From the IMG/VR virus record IMGVR_UViG_3300046737_000227, positions 1-64,000 of that record: a stretch of 64,000 bases of DNA. One strand, given 5' to 3'. The stretch comes from a virus. The translations under genes and the position numbers were made by a program. Each line of letters begins with the position of its first letter. The stretch's first letter is position 1. This document shows positions 22,753-31,278 of the stretch, piece by piece. The notes under the pieces are model-generated. The model was not told where the DNA came from. It searched no databases and saw nothing but the letters and a program-made list of their open reading frames with translations.

Positions 22753-24012
22753 ATGCCCAATCCGAACCCCAACGCTCCTGGCGCAGACCAGAGCGCAAAC
22801 ATGCCATCCATTTCCGCGGAGACGTCCAGCGCGCTTGACGACTTGCTGAAACAACAGCAGGACGAAAACGAGCCGGCGCCACCGAAGGGACCCGAGCGCG
22901 GCGTGGACGGAAAATTTTTGCCTGCGTCTGGTGCGACGGGCGCTCCTGCCGCCCCGGCTACGACCGACGAGCCTGTGGTTTCTGGCGCGACCGGCGCGAC
23001 CGGTGCCCCGGCGGCGCCCGACCCCTTCGACGCCCCCGCTCCGGCGAAACTTTCGCCCAAAGCGTCCGAGGCGTTCGAGAACGTCAAGCGGCTCGCCAAG
23101 GAAAAGTTGGCCGCGCTGCAGACCGAGCGCGACGAGCTGGACAAAAAATACAAGGAGCTGTCGGAGAAATCCGGACGGCTCGACCCGAAGGTCGAGGAGG
23201 AGTTGAAAGAGCTCCGCGAGTTTCGGCGCAAGCTGGACGTGGAAGCCGACCCGGAGTTTCAGAAGTATGACGTGGAATCCACCGCGCAGGCCGATTCCAT
23301 CTACGGAAAACTTTTGGGCGTGGGCGTGGCCCAGGCGACCGTCGACAAAATCAAGGCGATGGGCGGCATCTTCAAGGTGCAGTGGGACCCCATCCTGGAA
23401 AAAATTCCGTCCCAGGCCCGGCGCTTCATCGAGGTCAAGCTCACGCAGCTCGAGGACCTGAAGGAAAAGAAAGCAGCTGCCATCACGGCGGCCAAGAAAA
23501 ACTCGGAAGAGTTTTTGCAGAAGCGGGCGCAGTCCACGGAAATCTCCAAGAAAGAATTCCGCGACCACGCCTCGAAGACTTTGGACACCATGATTCCCAA
23601 GCTGGATTGGTTCGTGGAAAAGAAACCCACGGACAAATCCACCGATGCCGAGAAGGCGTCCATCGTGGAGCACAACAAGCTGCTCACCGATACCAAGGAA
23701 GCGGTGAAGGAAGCGATGGAAGACGACAGCCCGGAGATGCGGGCGTTCCTCGCGGTCGGGCTGGCGCAGCTGATGAAGCTGCGGGTGGACTACTCGTCCT
23801 CGCTCGCCTCGCACAAGTCCGAAGTGGAAAAGCTGACCGCCGAGCTGGCCGCCGCCAAGGGGCTGCTCGAGAAGGTGAAGAGGGGCTCGACCAATCGGCT
23901 GCGCGACACGACCGCCACGACCAACGCGCCGAACGCCGTGGGCCAGACCATCAACGAGAAACCCGCGGATGCGCTCGACCGCCTGCGCGCTGAAGTGGAA
24001 GCCAAGCAATGA
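22753..24012 (+). CDS. scaffolding protein candidate (419 aa)
   Basis: Highly charged, with predicted coiled-coil stretches (KEKLAALQTERDELDKKYKELSEKS...). Lies between the portal and capsid genes. Confidence 0.5.
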   Translation: MPNPNPNAPGADQSANMPSISAETSSALDDLLKQQQDENEPAPPKGPERGVDGKFLPASGATGAPAAPATTDEPVVSGATGATGAPAAPDPFDAPAPAKLSPKASEAFENVKRLAKEKLAALQTERDELDKKYKELSEKSGRLDPKVEEELKELREFRRKLDVEADPEFQKYDVESTAQADSIYGKLLGVGVAQATVDKIKAMGGIFKVQWDPILEKIPSQARRFIEVKLTQLEDLKEKKAAAITAAKKNSEEFLQKRAQSTEISKKEFRDHASKTLDTMIPKLDWFVEKKPTDKSTDAEKASIVEHNKLLTDTKEAVKEAMEDDSPEMRAFLAVGLAQLMKLRVDYSSSLASHKSEVEKLTAELAAAKGLLEKVKRGSTNRLRDTTATTNAPNAVGQTINEKPADALDRLRAEVEAKQ

Positions 24013-24797
24013 GCCGGCAGGTCTGCATTTGTTTACCGAGTTACAAAACGATGGAGCCACGGATGGCTTTTTCGGTGATGTCCCTCATCGACCGGACCAA
24101 GACGGCGGCGATGCTGGACTTCGGCGACGCATTCATCGTTCACTCGCGCAACAAACTCGCGGATGGCTTTCTTCGCACGAAGATGGAATGGATGTTAACA
24201 ATCGACGACGACATGGTCGTCCCCTTCGGCAATGCCCCACTTTTTAATTCGTTCACTAGTTTCAATTTGCCTGAGTCTTATGCCGGACTCAATGTTATTG
24301 ACCGGCTTTTATCACATGGCAAAACTTTGGTTGGCGCACTATACTTCGGTCGTTGGAAGCATGGCAAAGGCGTGTATGGCGAAGGTTCGGACCCGCAGGA
24401 ATTGAAATACGCGAAGTCCGGTCCGCACAACGTGTGCAAGCCGACGCGCTGGGTCGGGACCGGCTGCATGCTGATTCATCGCTCGGTCTTCGAGGACATC
24501 GAGAAGAAATTCCCGCACCTCTCGCGCGGGGCCGACGGTAAAGGCGGCCAGTGGTTCACCAGCTCCGAGCACGACCTTCGCATCGCCGCGGAAAAAGCGG
24601 TGACGCAGGACCCCGTCGTCGGGATGGCGACCATCAAGGCCGCGCTCGCGATGTCAAAACGACACTCGAGTTTGGGGATGGGCGAGGACGTTCAATTTTG
24701 TGTGCGCGCGACCCAGGCCGGGCATCAGCCGCACGTCGACATGGGATGTTGGGCCGGCCACATCGGAAGCTATTGTTATGGAGAACCCACCAAGTAA
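24009..24797 (+). CDS. GT-A-fold glycosyltransferase candidate (262 aa)
   Basis: N-terminal ICLPSYKT and a TIDDDMV DxD-type motif. ATGA overlap with the scaffold gene. Confidence 0.55.
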   Translation: MSRQVCICLPSYKTMEPRMAFSVMSLIDRTKTAAMLDFGDAFIVHSRNKLADGFLRTKMEWMLTIDDDMVVPFGNAPLFNSFTSFNLPESYAGLNVIDRLLSHGKTLVGALYFGRWKHGKGVYGEGSDPQELKYAKSGPHNVCKPTRWVGTGCMLIHRSVFEDIEKKFPHLSRGADGKGGQWFTSSEHDLRIAAEKAVTQDPVVGMATIKAALAMSKRHSSLGMGEDVQFCVRATQAGHQPHVDMGCWAGHIGSYCYGEPTK

Positions 24798-25527
24798 AAT
24801 TCTGCTGGCATTCCTTTTCTGGGAGCGCGACAAGGCGCAGATGTGCCAGCTCGCCCGCCTCATCGCGGACCTCGAGCCGGGCATGTGCGAATCTGCCGAC
24901 GTGCTTTTTTCCGCGCGCTTCGACTGCACGCACGACCTCGAAACGATTCAATATGTCTCTCGAAAATTCAAAGTCCACACGAACATTTGTCGCGGACGGC
25001 GCGGCGTGGGTTGGCCTGCCGGCTGCAACGATATCGTCTTCGGGACCCTCGACTACGTTCACGATTACGGTGCAGCCAAAAGAATCCCTCCTTACAAGGC
25101 TGTGGCGCTCCTGGAAGCGGACGGAGCTCCTCTTCGCAAAGGTTGGATAGAGGAACTCTCGCGCGCGTGGGACGAGGCGAACGCGAAGAAACCGGTGCGC
25201 GTCTTCGGTCCGCTGCTCGACACGGGGGTCAAGGACGCCGGCTTCAAGCACATCAACGGGAACTGCTTGGTGTCCGGGGACAAAGTTTTTCTGCATTGGT
25301 TCACTCGCAAGCTCGGCGGCTGCACCCCTAGGGCGGGATGGGACTGGTGTTTGGCCCCGCAGTTCAAGCGCCTGGGCTGGGCCGACTGCAAGCAAATGAA
25401 GTCGTGGTGGCGCTGCCCGGGCGTGTCCGAGGAGCAATACAACCAGCTGCTCGATGCCGGCGTGTGCTATCTCCACGGCTGCAAAAATGAGGACGTGTGG
25501 AACCTCGTCCGGAAAAAATACCTGTGA
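24778..25527 (+). CDS. hypothetical protein of the sugar-modification cassette (249 aa)
   Basis: Internal ATG (MENPPSKILLAF...) of ORF 24700..25527. Contains GWPAGCNDIVFG. Confidence 0.5.
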   Translation: MENPPSKILLAFLFWERDKAQMCQLARLIADLEPGMCESADVLFSARFDCTHDLETIQYVSRKFKVHTNICRGRRGVGWPAGCNDIVFGTLDYVHDYGAAKRIPPYKAVALLEADGAPLRKGWIEELSRAWDEANAKKPVRVFGPLLDTGVKDAGFKHINGNCLVSGDKVFLHWFTRKLGGCTPRAGWDWCLAPQFKRLGWADCKQMKSWWRCPGVSEEQYNQLLDAGVCYLHGCKNEDVWNLVRKKYL

Positions 25528-26075
25528 GCGATATCCCCGAGACAATGCTTCCGACCGAGTGCTTGTGTTATCCGCGCAGCGGGCACCACGCGCTCACGAA
25601 CGTGCTCGCCCATTACTTCGGCAAAAATTTTCACTACTGCGAGATGTATCGCGAGAATCCCAAGCTGATGGGTCCGGGCTCTCCGACTACGTGGCAGAAG
25701 AACCACGACTTCGAGCTGTTGACCCCGATTATCCCGGAGCGCCGGTATATCGTGCAGGTCCGCAATCCGCTGGAGTCAATCGAATCCTGGCAGATGCTGG
25801 ACCATCGGCTCATCGGTCACCCGAACGAGACGCAGGAGAAGCGATTGGATTTTTGGACCGCGTTCGTGAAAAAGTGGGTGTTTGGTCCCGTGCCGAATCG
25901 GCTGGTGGTCTGGTATGAGGACTTGGTCGAACGGCCCGTGCCGACGGTCACCAGCGTGATTCAATTTGTAACCCGAACCCAGAACGTGGATGCCGTGAAA
26001 CTGCAAGCCGCGCTCGAAAAATTCCCGCTCGCGCGGAGGACTCAAACATGCCCGACGCTATACACCAAGGCGTGA
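25524..26075 (+). CDS. sulfotransferase-like protein (183 aa, GTG start proposed)
   Basis: CYPRSGHH (5'-PSB-like), VRNPLESIES (3'-PB-like) and VVWYEDLVERP...VIQFV (typical C-terminal block). GTGA overlap with the upstream stop. Confidence 0.6.
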   Translation: MSDIPETMLPTECLCYPRSGHHALTNVLAHYFGKNFHYCEMYRENPKLMGPGSPTTWQKNHDFELLTPIIPERRYIVQVRNPLESIESWQMLDHRLIGHPNETQEKRLDFWTAFVKKWVFGPVPNRLVVWYEDLVERPVPTVTSVIQFVTRTQNVDAVKLQAALEKFPLARRTQTCPTLYTKA

Positions 26076-26791
26076 AGACAATCGTGTCCGTTCATGGTTA
26101 TAAGGGAGACGAGCACCAGATTCGCGCGCTCTTGCCGTGCTACGAGCACCACAAACTGCCCATTGTCATCCTTACGCCGACGGACAGCCGCATCCCGGAG
26201 ATGGGTCCGCACATCTGCCGTTTCGGTGGGCTGCGTGAATACGTGGGGGCGAAAAGTCTGGCGCGCCAGCTGGAGCATTGGAAAATCCTGTTGGAATACG
26301 ACGCGACGCACTACCTCTGCAACGATTCGGACAGCTTCTGCGTGTCCGCACAGCTCCCGCAATACATCTACGACGAGGACGTGCTGTGGAGTAACGAGGT
26401 GTCCGACATGTTCCACGTCCGCCCGGCCACCTACACGCTTCCGCGGCTCGCGTTCCAGCCCCCCTACTTTTTCTCGCGTGGAATCCTGGAACGGCTCATT
26501 GCCGCTGCACCGCTCGTCGTGTTTGAACCCCAGACCCCGTTCATCGACTGGTATTTCATGGCGGTCGCGCACGCCGGCGGGATTCCGCACAAAAACTTTC
26601 GAGACGGCATCAGCTGCGGAACCGCTGACTCTAGCATTCACCCAACTGCCAAGGACGGAGGGCTGGGGCTACGGGCCATGACCAACGCGGTTCAGAACCA
26701 CGGAGCAATTTTTCTCCATGCGGTCAAGAGCGCGCAGGTCCGCCGACAGATGGAATTTGTGCGCAAGCTTTACGTCCGGAACCACCCATGA
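26048..26791 (+). CDS. hypothetical protein, possible glycosyltransferase (247 aa)
   Basis: The acidic motif YLCNDSDSF could be DxD-like. Cassette context. Confidence 0.45.
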   Translation: MPDAIHQGVKTIVSVHGYKGDEHQIRALLPCYEHHKLPIVILTPTDSRIPEMGPHICRFGGLREYVGAKSLARQLEHWKILLEYDATHYLCNDSDSFCVSAQLPQYIYDEDVLWSNEVSDMFHVRPATYTLPRLAFQPPYFFSRGILERLIAAAPLVVFEPQTPFIDWYFMAVAHAGGIPHKNFRDGISCGTADSSIHPTAKDGGLGLRAMTNAVQNHGAIFLHAVKSAQVRRQMEFVRKLYVRNHP

Positions 26792-27726
26792 ACAAGAACT
26801 CCAGAATTTACGTCGCGGGTCACCGCGGGCTCGTCGGGGATGCCGTCCTGCGGCACCTGCGCGCGAACGGCTACACCAACATTCTCACCAAGACGCACAC
26901 CGAGCTGGACCTGACGGACCCGGTCGTGGTGCGCTGGTTCTTTTCCTCGCACGAGCCGGAATACGTTTTTCTGTGTGCCGCGCACGTCGGGGGCATCCTG
27001 GCGAACGACCAGAACCGCGTGGAATTCCTGACGAAGAACCTCGCCATCCAGAACAACGTCATCTTGAGCGCCGCCGCGTATGGCGTGAAAAAGCTGTTGT
27101 TCCTGGGGTCGTCCTGCATCTACCCGAAAAACGCCGAGCAGCCCATCAAGCCGAACGCGCTGCTCACCGGTGCTTTTGAACCGACGACCGAGGCATACGG
27201 CATCGCCAAGGTGGCCGGCATCCGCCTGTGCCAATACCTGCGTGACGAGCAAGGCTGTAACTTCATCGCCGCACAGCCGTGCAACCTCTACGGGCCGAAC
27301 GACCGGTTTGACTCCGTTCGGTCGCACGTCGTGCCGGGGCTCATTACTCGCCTGCACCGCGCAAAATCCCTGGGGATGTCCGAGCTGGACGTCTGGGGCG
27401 ACGGGTCCGCGCAGCGGGAACTGCTCTATGCCGACGACCTCGCCAGCGCGTTGCTGCTGCTCATGCACGCATACGACGGGCGCGAGGTGGTGAACGCCGG
27501 CAGCAGCGACGAATGGACCATCAAGGAAATCGCCGACGAAGTCCGCCGGGTGGTCGGTTACCGAGGCGTGCTTTTCTTCGATGACTCGAAACCGACCGGT
27601 GTTTCCCGCAAGGTTTTGGACAATTCTTTCATCAGGAGCCTGGGCTGGACCCCGCAAGTATCTTTCCCCGAAGGACTTGAGAAGACCTACACGGGATTCC
27701 TGCAGCGGACCACATTGGGCTCTTGA
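26788..27726 (+). CDS. fcl: GDP-L-fucose synthase (GDP-4-keto-6-deoxy-D-mannose 3,5-epimerase/4-reductase)
   Basis: Collinear with E. coli Fcl as I recall it: IYVAGHRGLVG, AAHVGGILAN, KLLFLGSSCIYPK, EPTTEAYGIAKVAGI, NLYGPND, and a DDSKPTGVSRKVLD tail. Confidence 0.92.
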   Translation: MNKNSRIYVAGHRGLVGDAVLRHLRANGYTNILTKTHTELDLTDPVVVRWFFSSHEPEYVFLCAAHVGGILANDQNRVEFLTKNLAIQNNVILSAAAYGVKKLLFLGSSCIYPKNAEQPIKPNALLTGAFEPTTEAYGIAKVAGIRLCQYLRDEQGCNFIAAQPCNLYGPNDRFDSVRSHVVPGLITRLHRAKSLGMSELDVWGDGSAQRELLYADDLASALLLLMHAYDGREVVNAGSSDEWTIKEIADEVRRVVGYRGVLFFDDSKPTGVSRKVLDNSFIRSLGWTPQVSFPEGLEKTYTGFLQRTTLGS

Positions 27727-27750
27727 CAATTCGTCGAAAACGCGCACTTC
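27723..27750 (+). promoter_or_regulatory. class B promoter for the capsid gene
   Basis: TTGACA ATTCGTCGAAAACGCG CACTTC. A leader of about 135 nt follows. Confidence 0.5.
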
Positions 27751-27856
27751 TTCCCTGACCTTACGGCTCATTGGTCAAGAGCAATCGGCCTAACTGTCTG
27801 GCGGCTGGCCGGCGCTGACAGGGTAACTTCGCAGCCCCATTGCGAGGAAAAAACCA

Positions 27857-27872
27857 GAGACATTCGTGTCTC
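27857..27872 (+). promoter_or_regulatory. 5'-UTR hairpin GAGACA-UUCG-UGUCUC
   Basis: Perfect 6-bp stem with a UUCG tetraloop, 18 nt upstream of the capsid ATG. Confidence 0.5.
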
Positions 27873-27890
27873 ATTTAGGAAAGGCTCACA

Positions 27891-29171
27891 ATGAGCGCTC
27901 AGTGTAACGATGCCGACCAGATTTCGGAAATCGCACAAAAAGACGTGTCCCGTCTCGTAGGGACCGTGGCCAAAACGTTGGCCGCGAATTCAGTGTTCAT
28001 CAATGTCATCGGTGGTGGAGTGTTCCCCTCCGGCGTCAGCGATGAAATCCGTTTCCCCGTCCAGATGCAGGCCGCCCCCGGCGACTCGCTCGCTCTCCCC
28101 ACTTTTCAGTGCGACACTGAAGTCTGCGGAACGAACGGCATCCAGGATTTGACCGACGCCATCGACTTCACGGCCCGGTTGGAAACCAAACGTGGTCGCG
28201 GTCCTCGCGTGTGTGTCAAAAAAGGCTACAGCGCGTTCAAAAGCTCGTATCTCTCCGCGGAGGATTCCCTCCGGAAGCTCATCACCCAGTATGTCAACTC
28301 CGACATCCGTGCTCAGTTATACCTGCGCTCAGCCTCGAAATTTAATGCCGTCGCCGGCTACGATTTTGACTCGCTGTTCACTGGTGGAACCGAAACGGAC
28401 CTCGGTGTTCAGTTCGCTCCGCTGTTGCCCACCGGCCCGCTGAGCTTCAAGGCGCTTCATTACGTCGTGCGTTTCGTCAAGGAGGCGTTGTTCGCTTCCA
28501 TGTTCGACAGCGAAGGCAAAGGGATGCCCCACGCTCGCTTCATCGGCAGCTCCGACATCATCGAGAGTTTCCGCAATGAAATCGGCGTCAAGGAAATCCT
28601 CATCGGCCTCACCACGGGCGGATACAAACTGGGCGAGCAATCGGTCAGCGCGTATCAGTTCGAGGAAGCCCCCGCGTATCGCGGTCTGGCTTTCGGTGTG
28701 GACCAACGTCCGCTTCGCGCCACTGGTTTCGACGGCGACGGCAACCTGATTCTGGTTGACCCCGTCGTGAACGTCGCGAACGTCTCGAAGAACACGGCTT
28801 TCGCCAAAATCAACCCCGCGTGGTTGGCTGCGGATTACGAAGTCGGGTTCCTCATGTTCGACAATACCTTCAACCGGCTGGTGCCCGAGAAGTATGTCGG
28901 CGAAGGCACGTTCAAGCACGCTCCGCAGCTTCACATGGGTGAGCTCGAGTGGCATTACATCGTGGACAACGACTGTAACCAGTTCGGCGACTTCGGTTGG
29001 CACAAGTATCAGATTACTCGCGCCTACCAGCCGATTCGGCCGCAGCACGTCATCCCCATCCTCTACCGTCGTTGCACGGCTGACCTCGGTCTGCCCGACT
29101 GCGCGGTTCCGGACAGCTCCAGTTTTTCTGGAAGCGACTCGTTTGCCTCGCTCGGTGTCTGCGACACCTAA
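27891..29171 (+). CDS. major capsid protein candidate (426 aa)
   Basis: It has its own promoter with a long structured leader and an AGGAAAGG purine tract before the ATG. A strong hairpin follows the stop. Size and position are typical. Confidence 0.6.
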   Translation: MSAQCNDADQISEIAQKDVSRLVGTVAKTLAANSVFINVIGGGVFPSGVSDEIRFPVQMQAAPGDSLALPTFQCDTEVCGTNGIQDLTDAIDFTARLETKRGRGPRVCVKKGYSAFKSSYLSAEDSLRKLITQYVNSDIRAQLYLRSASKFNAVAGYDFDSLFTGGTETDLGVQFAPLLPTGPLSFKALHYVVRFVKEALFASMFDSEGKGMPHARFIGSSDIIESFRNEIGVKEILIGLTTGGYKLGEQSVSAYQFEEAPAYRGLAFGVDQRPLRATGFDGDGNLILVDPVVNVANVSKNTAFAKINPAWLAADYEVGFLMFDNTFNRLVPEKYVGEGTFKHAPQLHMGELEWHYIVDNDCNQFGDFGWHKYQITRAYQPIRPQHVIPILYRRCTADLGLPDCAVPDSSSFSGSDSFASLGVCDT

Positions 29172-29185
29172 GCTTGGTCTGTAGG

Positions 29186-29217
29186 CTGGTGCAGCGGGGG
29201 AAACTCCGCTGCACCAG
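29186..29217 (+). terminator. 12-bp perfect hairpin after the capsid gene (no U-tract)
   Basis: CTGGTGCAGCGG GGGAAACT CCGCTGCACCAG. Confidence 0.45.
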
Positions 29218-29250
29218 AGCAGAACTAAACAATCAACCCATCCATCTCAC

Positions 29251-29448
29251 ATGACATACGTTGAAGCTCAAACCGCCCTCACCGCACTGGCCCACGACCT
29301 GAATCTTTCAGGTGTCGAAGGCCGGTCCGTGTCGGCTCTGTTGCAATCCATCGTCGTTGACGGGGCCGTTATTACGGACCACAGCGTCGGCTCCGACTGG
29401 GATAACCAGTTGGTGACTGCTCTCGGCATCGACACGCCCATCACCTGA
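29251..29448 (+). CDS. hypothetical protein (65 aa)
   Basis: ORF MTYVEAQTALTALAHDLN... Confidence 0.5.
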   Translation: MTYVEAQTALTALAHDLNLSGVEGRSVSALLQSIVVDGAVITDHSVGSDWDNQLVTALGIDTPIT

Positions 29449-29464
29449 TTCAAATTCGGGGGCG

Positions 29465-29704
29465 GTGCGACCTGCGTGCCGCCCCCGAACTCTTTTTACC
29501 GTGCTCGACAATCTCAAAGTTTACGGGGCGTCTGCTGTCGGATTCGGTTCTCCCATCGCAAACGTTTTCATTGACACCTCGACGTCCGTGCTGGGCGTGC
29601 TGGTGTTGGTCGGTCAAGTCGCCGTCGCCGTCGTGACCACGCTCTATATTTTTCGCAAGGCCCAAGCTTTGCGCAGCGACAAAAAGAACAAGAAAGATTC
29701 CTGA
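29465..29704 (+). CDS. small single-pass membrane protein with basic tail (79 aa or shorter)
   Basis: VLGVLVLVGQVAVAVVTTLYIFRKAQALRSDKKNKKDS. Confidence 0.45.
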   Translation: MRPACRPRTLFTVLDNLKVYGASAVGFGSPIANVFIDTSTSVLGVLVLVGQVAVAVVTTLYIFRKAQALRSDKKNKKDS

Positions 29705-29707
29705 CTC

Positions 29708-29914
29708 ATGTCCAACGCATACAACGACCCCGTCCAGCGGCTCGGTGAAAAACTCGCCAGTTCTCTCGGCATCGTAGCCAACCCCTACGACGCAGAAATC
29801 GACCTGTGGGTTCGCGCGGCTTTTGCCGTCGGAGCCAGCGTGAGCACGTCCACCCCGCTCGACGAAGCCCGCGTTCGGGTGTTGCAGAATTGCAACATCA
29901 CCCCGCTGATTTAA
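29708..29914 (+). CDS. hypothetical protein (68 aa)
   Basis: ORF in the array. Confidence 0.5.
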   Translation: MSNAYNDPVQRLGEKLASSLGIVANPYDAEIDLWVRAAFAVGASVSTSTPLDEARVRVLQNCNITPLI

Positions 29915-30060
29915 TGTATCCCGACCCGTCGCCAAAATGGGGAGATTCTGAGAACACGCTGCTAGGGAAGTGGCTGGAAATTCTCGGAGGGGAAGCCAAG
30001 CCGGGGGACTCGGACCACCAGCTGCTTTACCGCATCGCCCTGCTGCTCTCAACTTTTTGA
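29914..30060 (+). CDS. small protein sharing the fibre N-terminal motif (48 aa)
   Basis: TAATG overlap. MYPDPSPKWGDSENTLLGKWLEILGG parallels the N-terminus of the next gene. Confidence 0.4.
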   Translation: MYPDPSPKWGDSENTLLGKWLEILGGEAKPGDSDHQLLYRIALLLSTF

Positions 30061-30063
30061 CCT

Positions 30064-31278
30064 ATGGATACGACCCCCCGAATTAACGATACGGACAACA
30101 CGCTACTGAAGAAGATTTGTCTTCTGCTCGACGGCGCGATTCCGTCCGGCGTGATTTCTTTCAACGCGCGGACCGGCGCCATCACGCTTTTAAGCGCGGA
30201 CGTCACCGGCGCCCTCGGGTATACGCCTGTGAACAAGGCAGGCGACACGATGACCGGCACGCTGGTCCTGCCCACGGGCATCCGACTCAAGCTTGGCGGC
30301 ACCACGGCATCTTTTCCTGCGCTCAAGGACGCCAGCGGCGTTCTCCAGGTGCGAAAAGCGGACGACTCGAACTGGGCATCGCTCTCCGCGGGCTTGGTTA
30401 CCGCATCGACCGGCGGGCTCACGGTCGTGACCGACGATTCCGCATCAGTTTTTGCCTACCCGGTTCTGTATAAGAAACGCGGAACGACCGGCGACGCGAC
30501 TGCCGCGGTTACCACGGGCAGTGAGCTCGGGCATATCTCCTGGCAAGCCTGGAACGGCACGGCCTACGTGACCGGCGCGCAGATTGTGGCCAAGACCACG
30601 CAGAACCAGTCGGTCGGCAACGCGGGCTCTCAGCTCGACTTTCGCACCTGCGGTGTCGGTGCGGCGGCGACGGGCATCGCGGCTTTTATCACGTCGGCGA
30701 AAAATTTTGTCCTCAGCAACGTCACCACGACCGAACCCGCATCCCTTGCCAGCGGCGTGGTCTTCAAAGACGGCACGGCGGCCTCGGCAGACCCGACGAC
30801 CGGTTCGGCTATCTGGTCCGTTGCCGGCGCGTTGCAATATCGCACCAGCGGGGCCAGTGACGGCTCTGGGGTAACGAACCATTTACACAACCGTTCGGCA
30901 CAGCAGGCCGGTGTGGGCACGGACTACACCTTGACGAACACGCTCGCGCAGGTCGCCTTCGGGACGACCAACGCGGCGGTGACGTTGCCGACGGCGGGGA
31001 CTTACCTCATACTGGCGAACGTCAGCGTGATTGACGGCGCCAACTCGGGCGACGTTTATAGCGCGAAGCTGCGGAACACGACCGATAGCACGGACGTGGG
31101 CGTGGCGAAGAAAAATTCTGGCAGCCCGGCTACGGGCCGGTTGCTACTTTTTCTGGCCGAGCTGGTCACCACCACGGCGGCCAACAAAGTCGTTAGCATT
31201 TTTGCCGCGAACGAAACGGCGGCGCGCGGTTCCGTCGAGTCGACGTCGACCGATATCCGATACGTCCGACTGGCATGA
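30064..31278 (+). CDS. tail fibre-like protein (404 aa)
   Basis: FNARTGAITLLSADVTGALGYTPVNKAGDTMTGTL is a block I recognise from many phage tail-fibre proteins. Confidence 0.6.
   Translation: MDTTPRINDTDNTLLKKICLLLDGAIPSGVISFNARTGAITLLSADVTGALGYTPVNKAGDTMTGTLVLPTGIRLKLGGTTASFPALKDASGVLQVRKADDSNWASLSAGLVTASTGGLTVVTDDSASVFAYPVLYKKRGTTGDATAAVTTGSELGHISWQAWNGTAYVTGAQIVAKTTQNQSVGNAGSQLDFRTCGVGAAATGIAAFITSAKNFVLSNVTTTEPASLASGVVFKDGTAASADPTTGSAIWSVAGALQYRTSGASDGSGVTNHLHNRSAQQAGVGTDYTLTNTLAQVAFGTTNAAVTLPTAGTYLILANVSVIDGANSGDVYSAKLRNTTDSTDVGVAKKNSGSPATGRLLLFLAELVTTTAANKVVSIFAANETAARGSVESTSTDIRYVRLA

Noticed and set aside
21016-24060. Long antisense ORFs 21016..22374 and 22717..24060 opposite the portal and scaffold genes.
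   Set aside because: These are typical shadow ORFs of GC-rich coding DNA, with Arg/Gly/Leu/His-rich composition. They lie opposite well-supported genes and have no promoters or coupling.
26770-27771. 333-aa antisense ORF opposite fcl.
   Set aside because: The fcl assignment on the plus strand is unambiguous. The antisense product has shadow-ORF composition.
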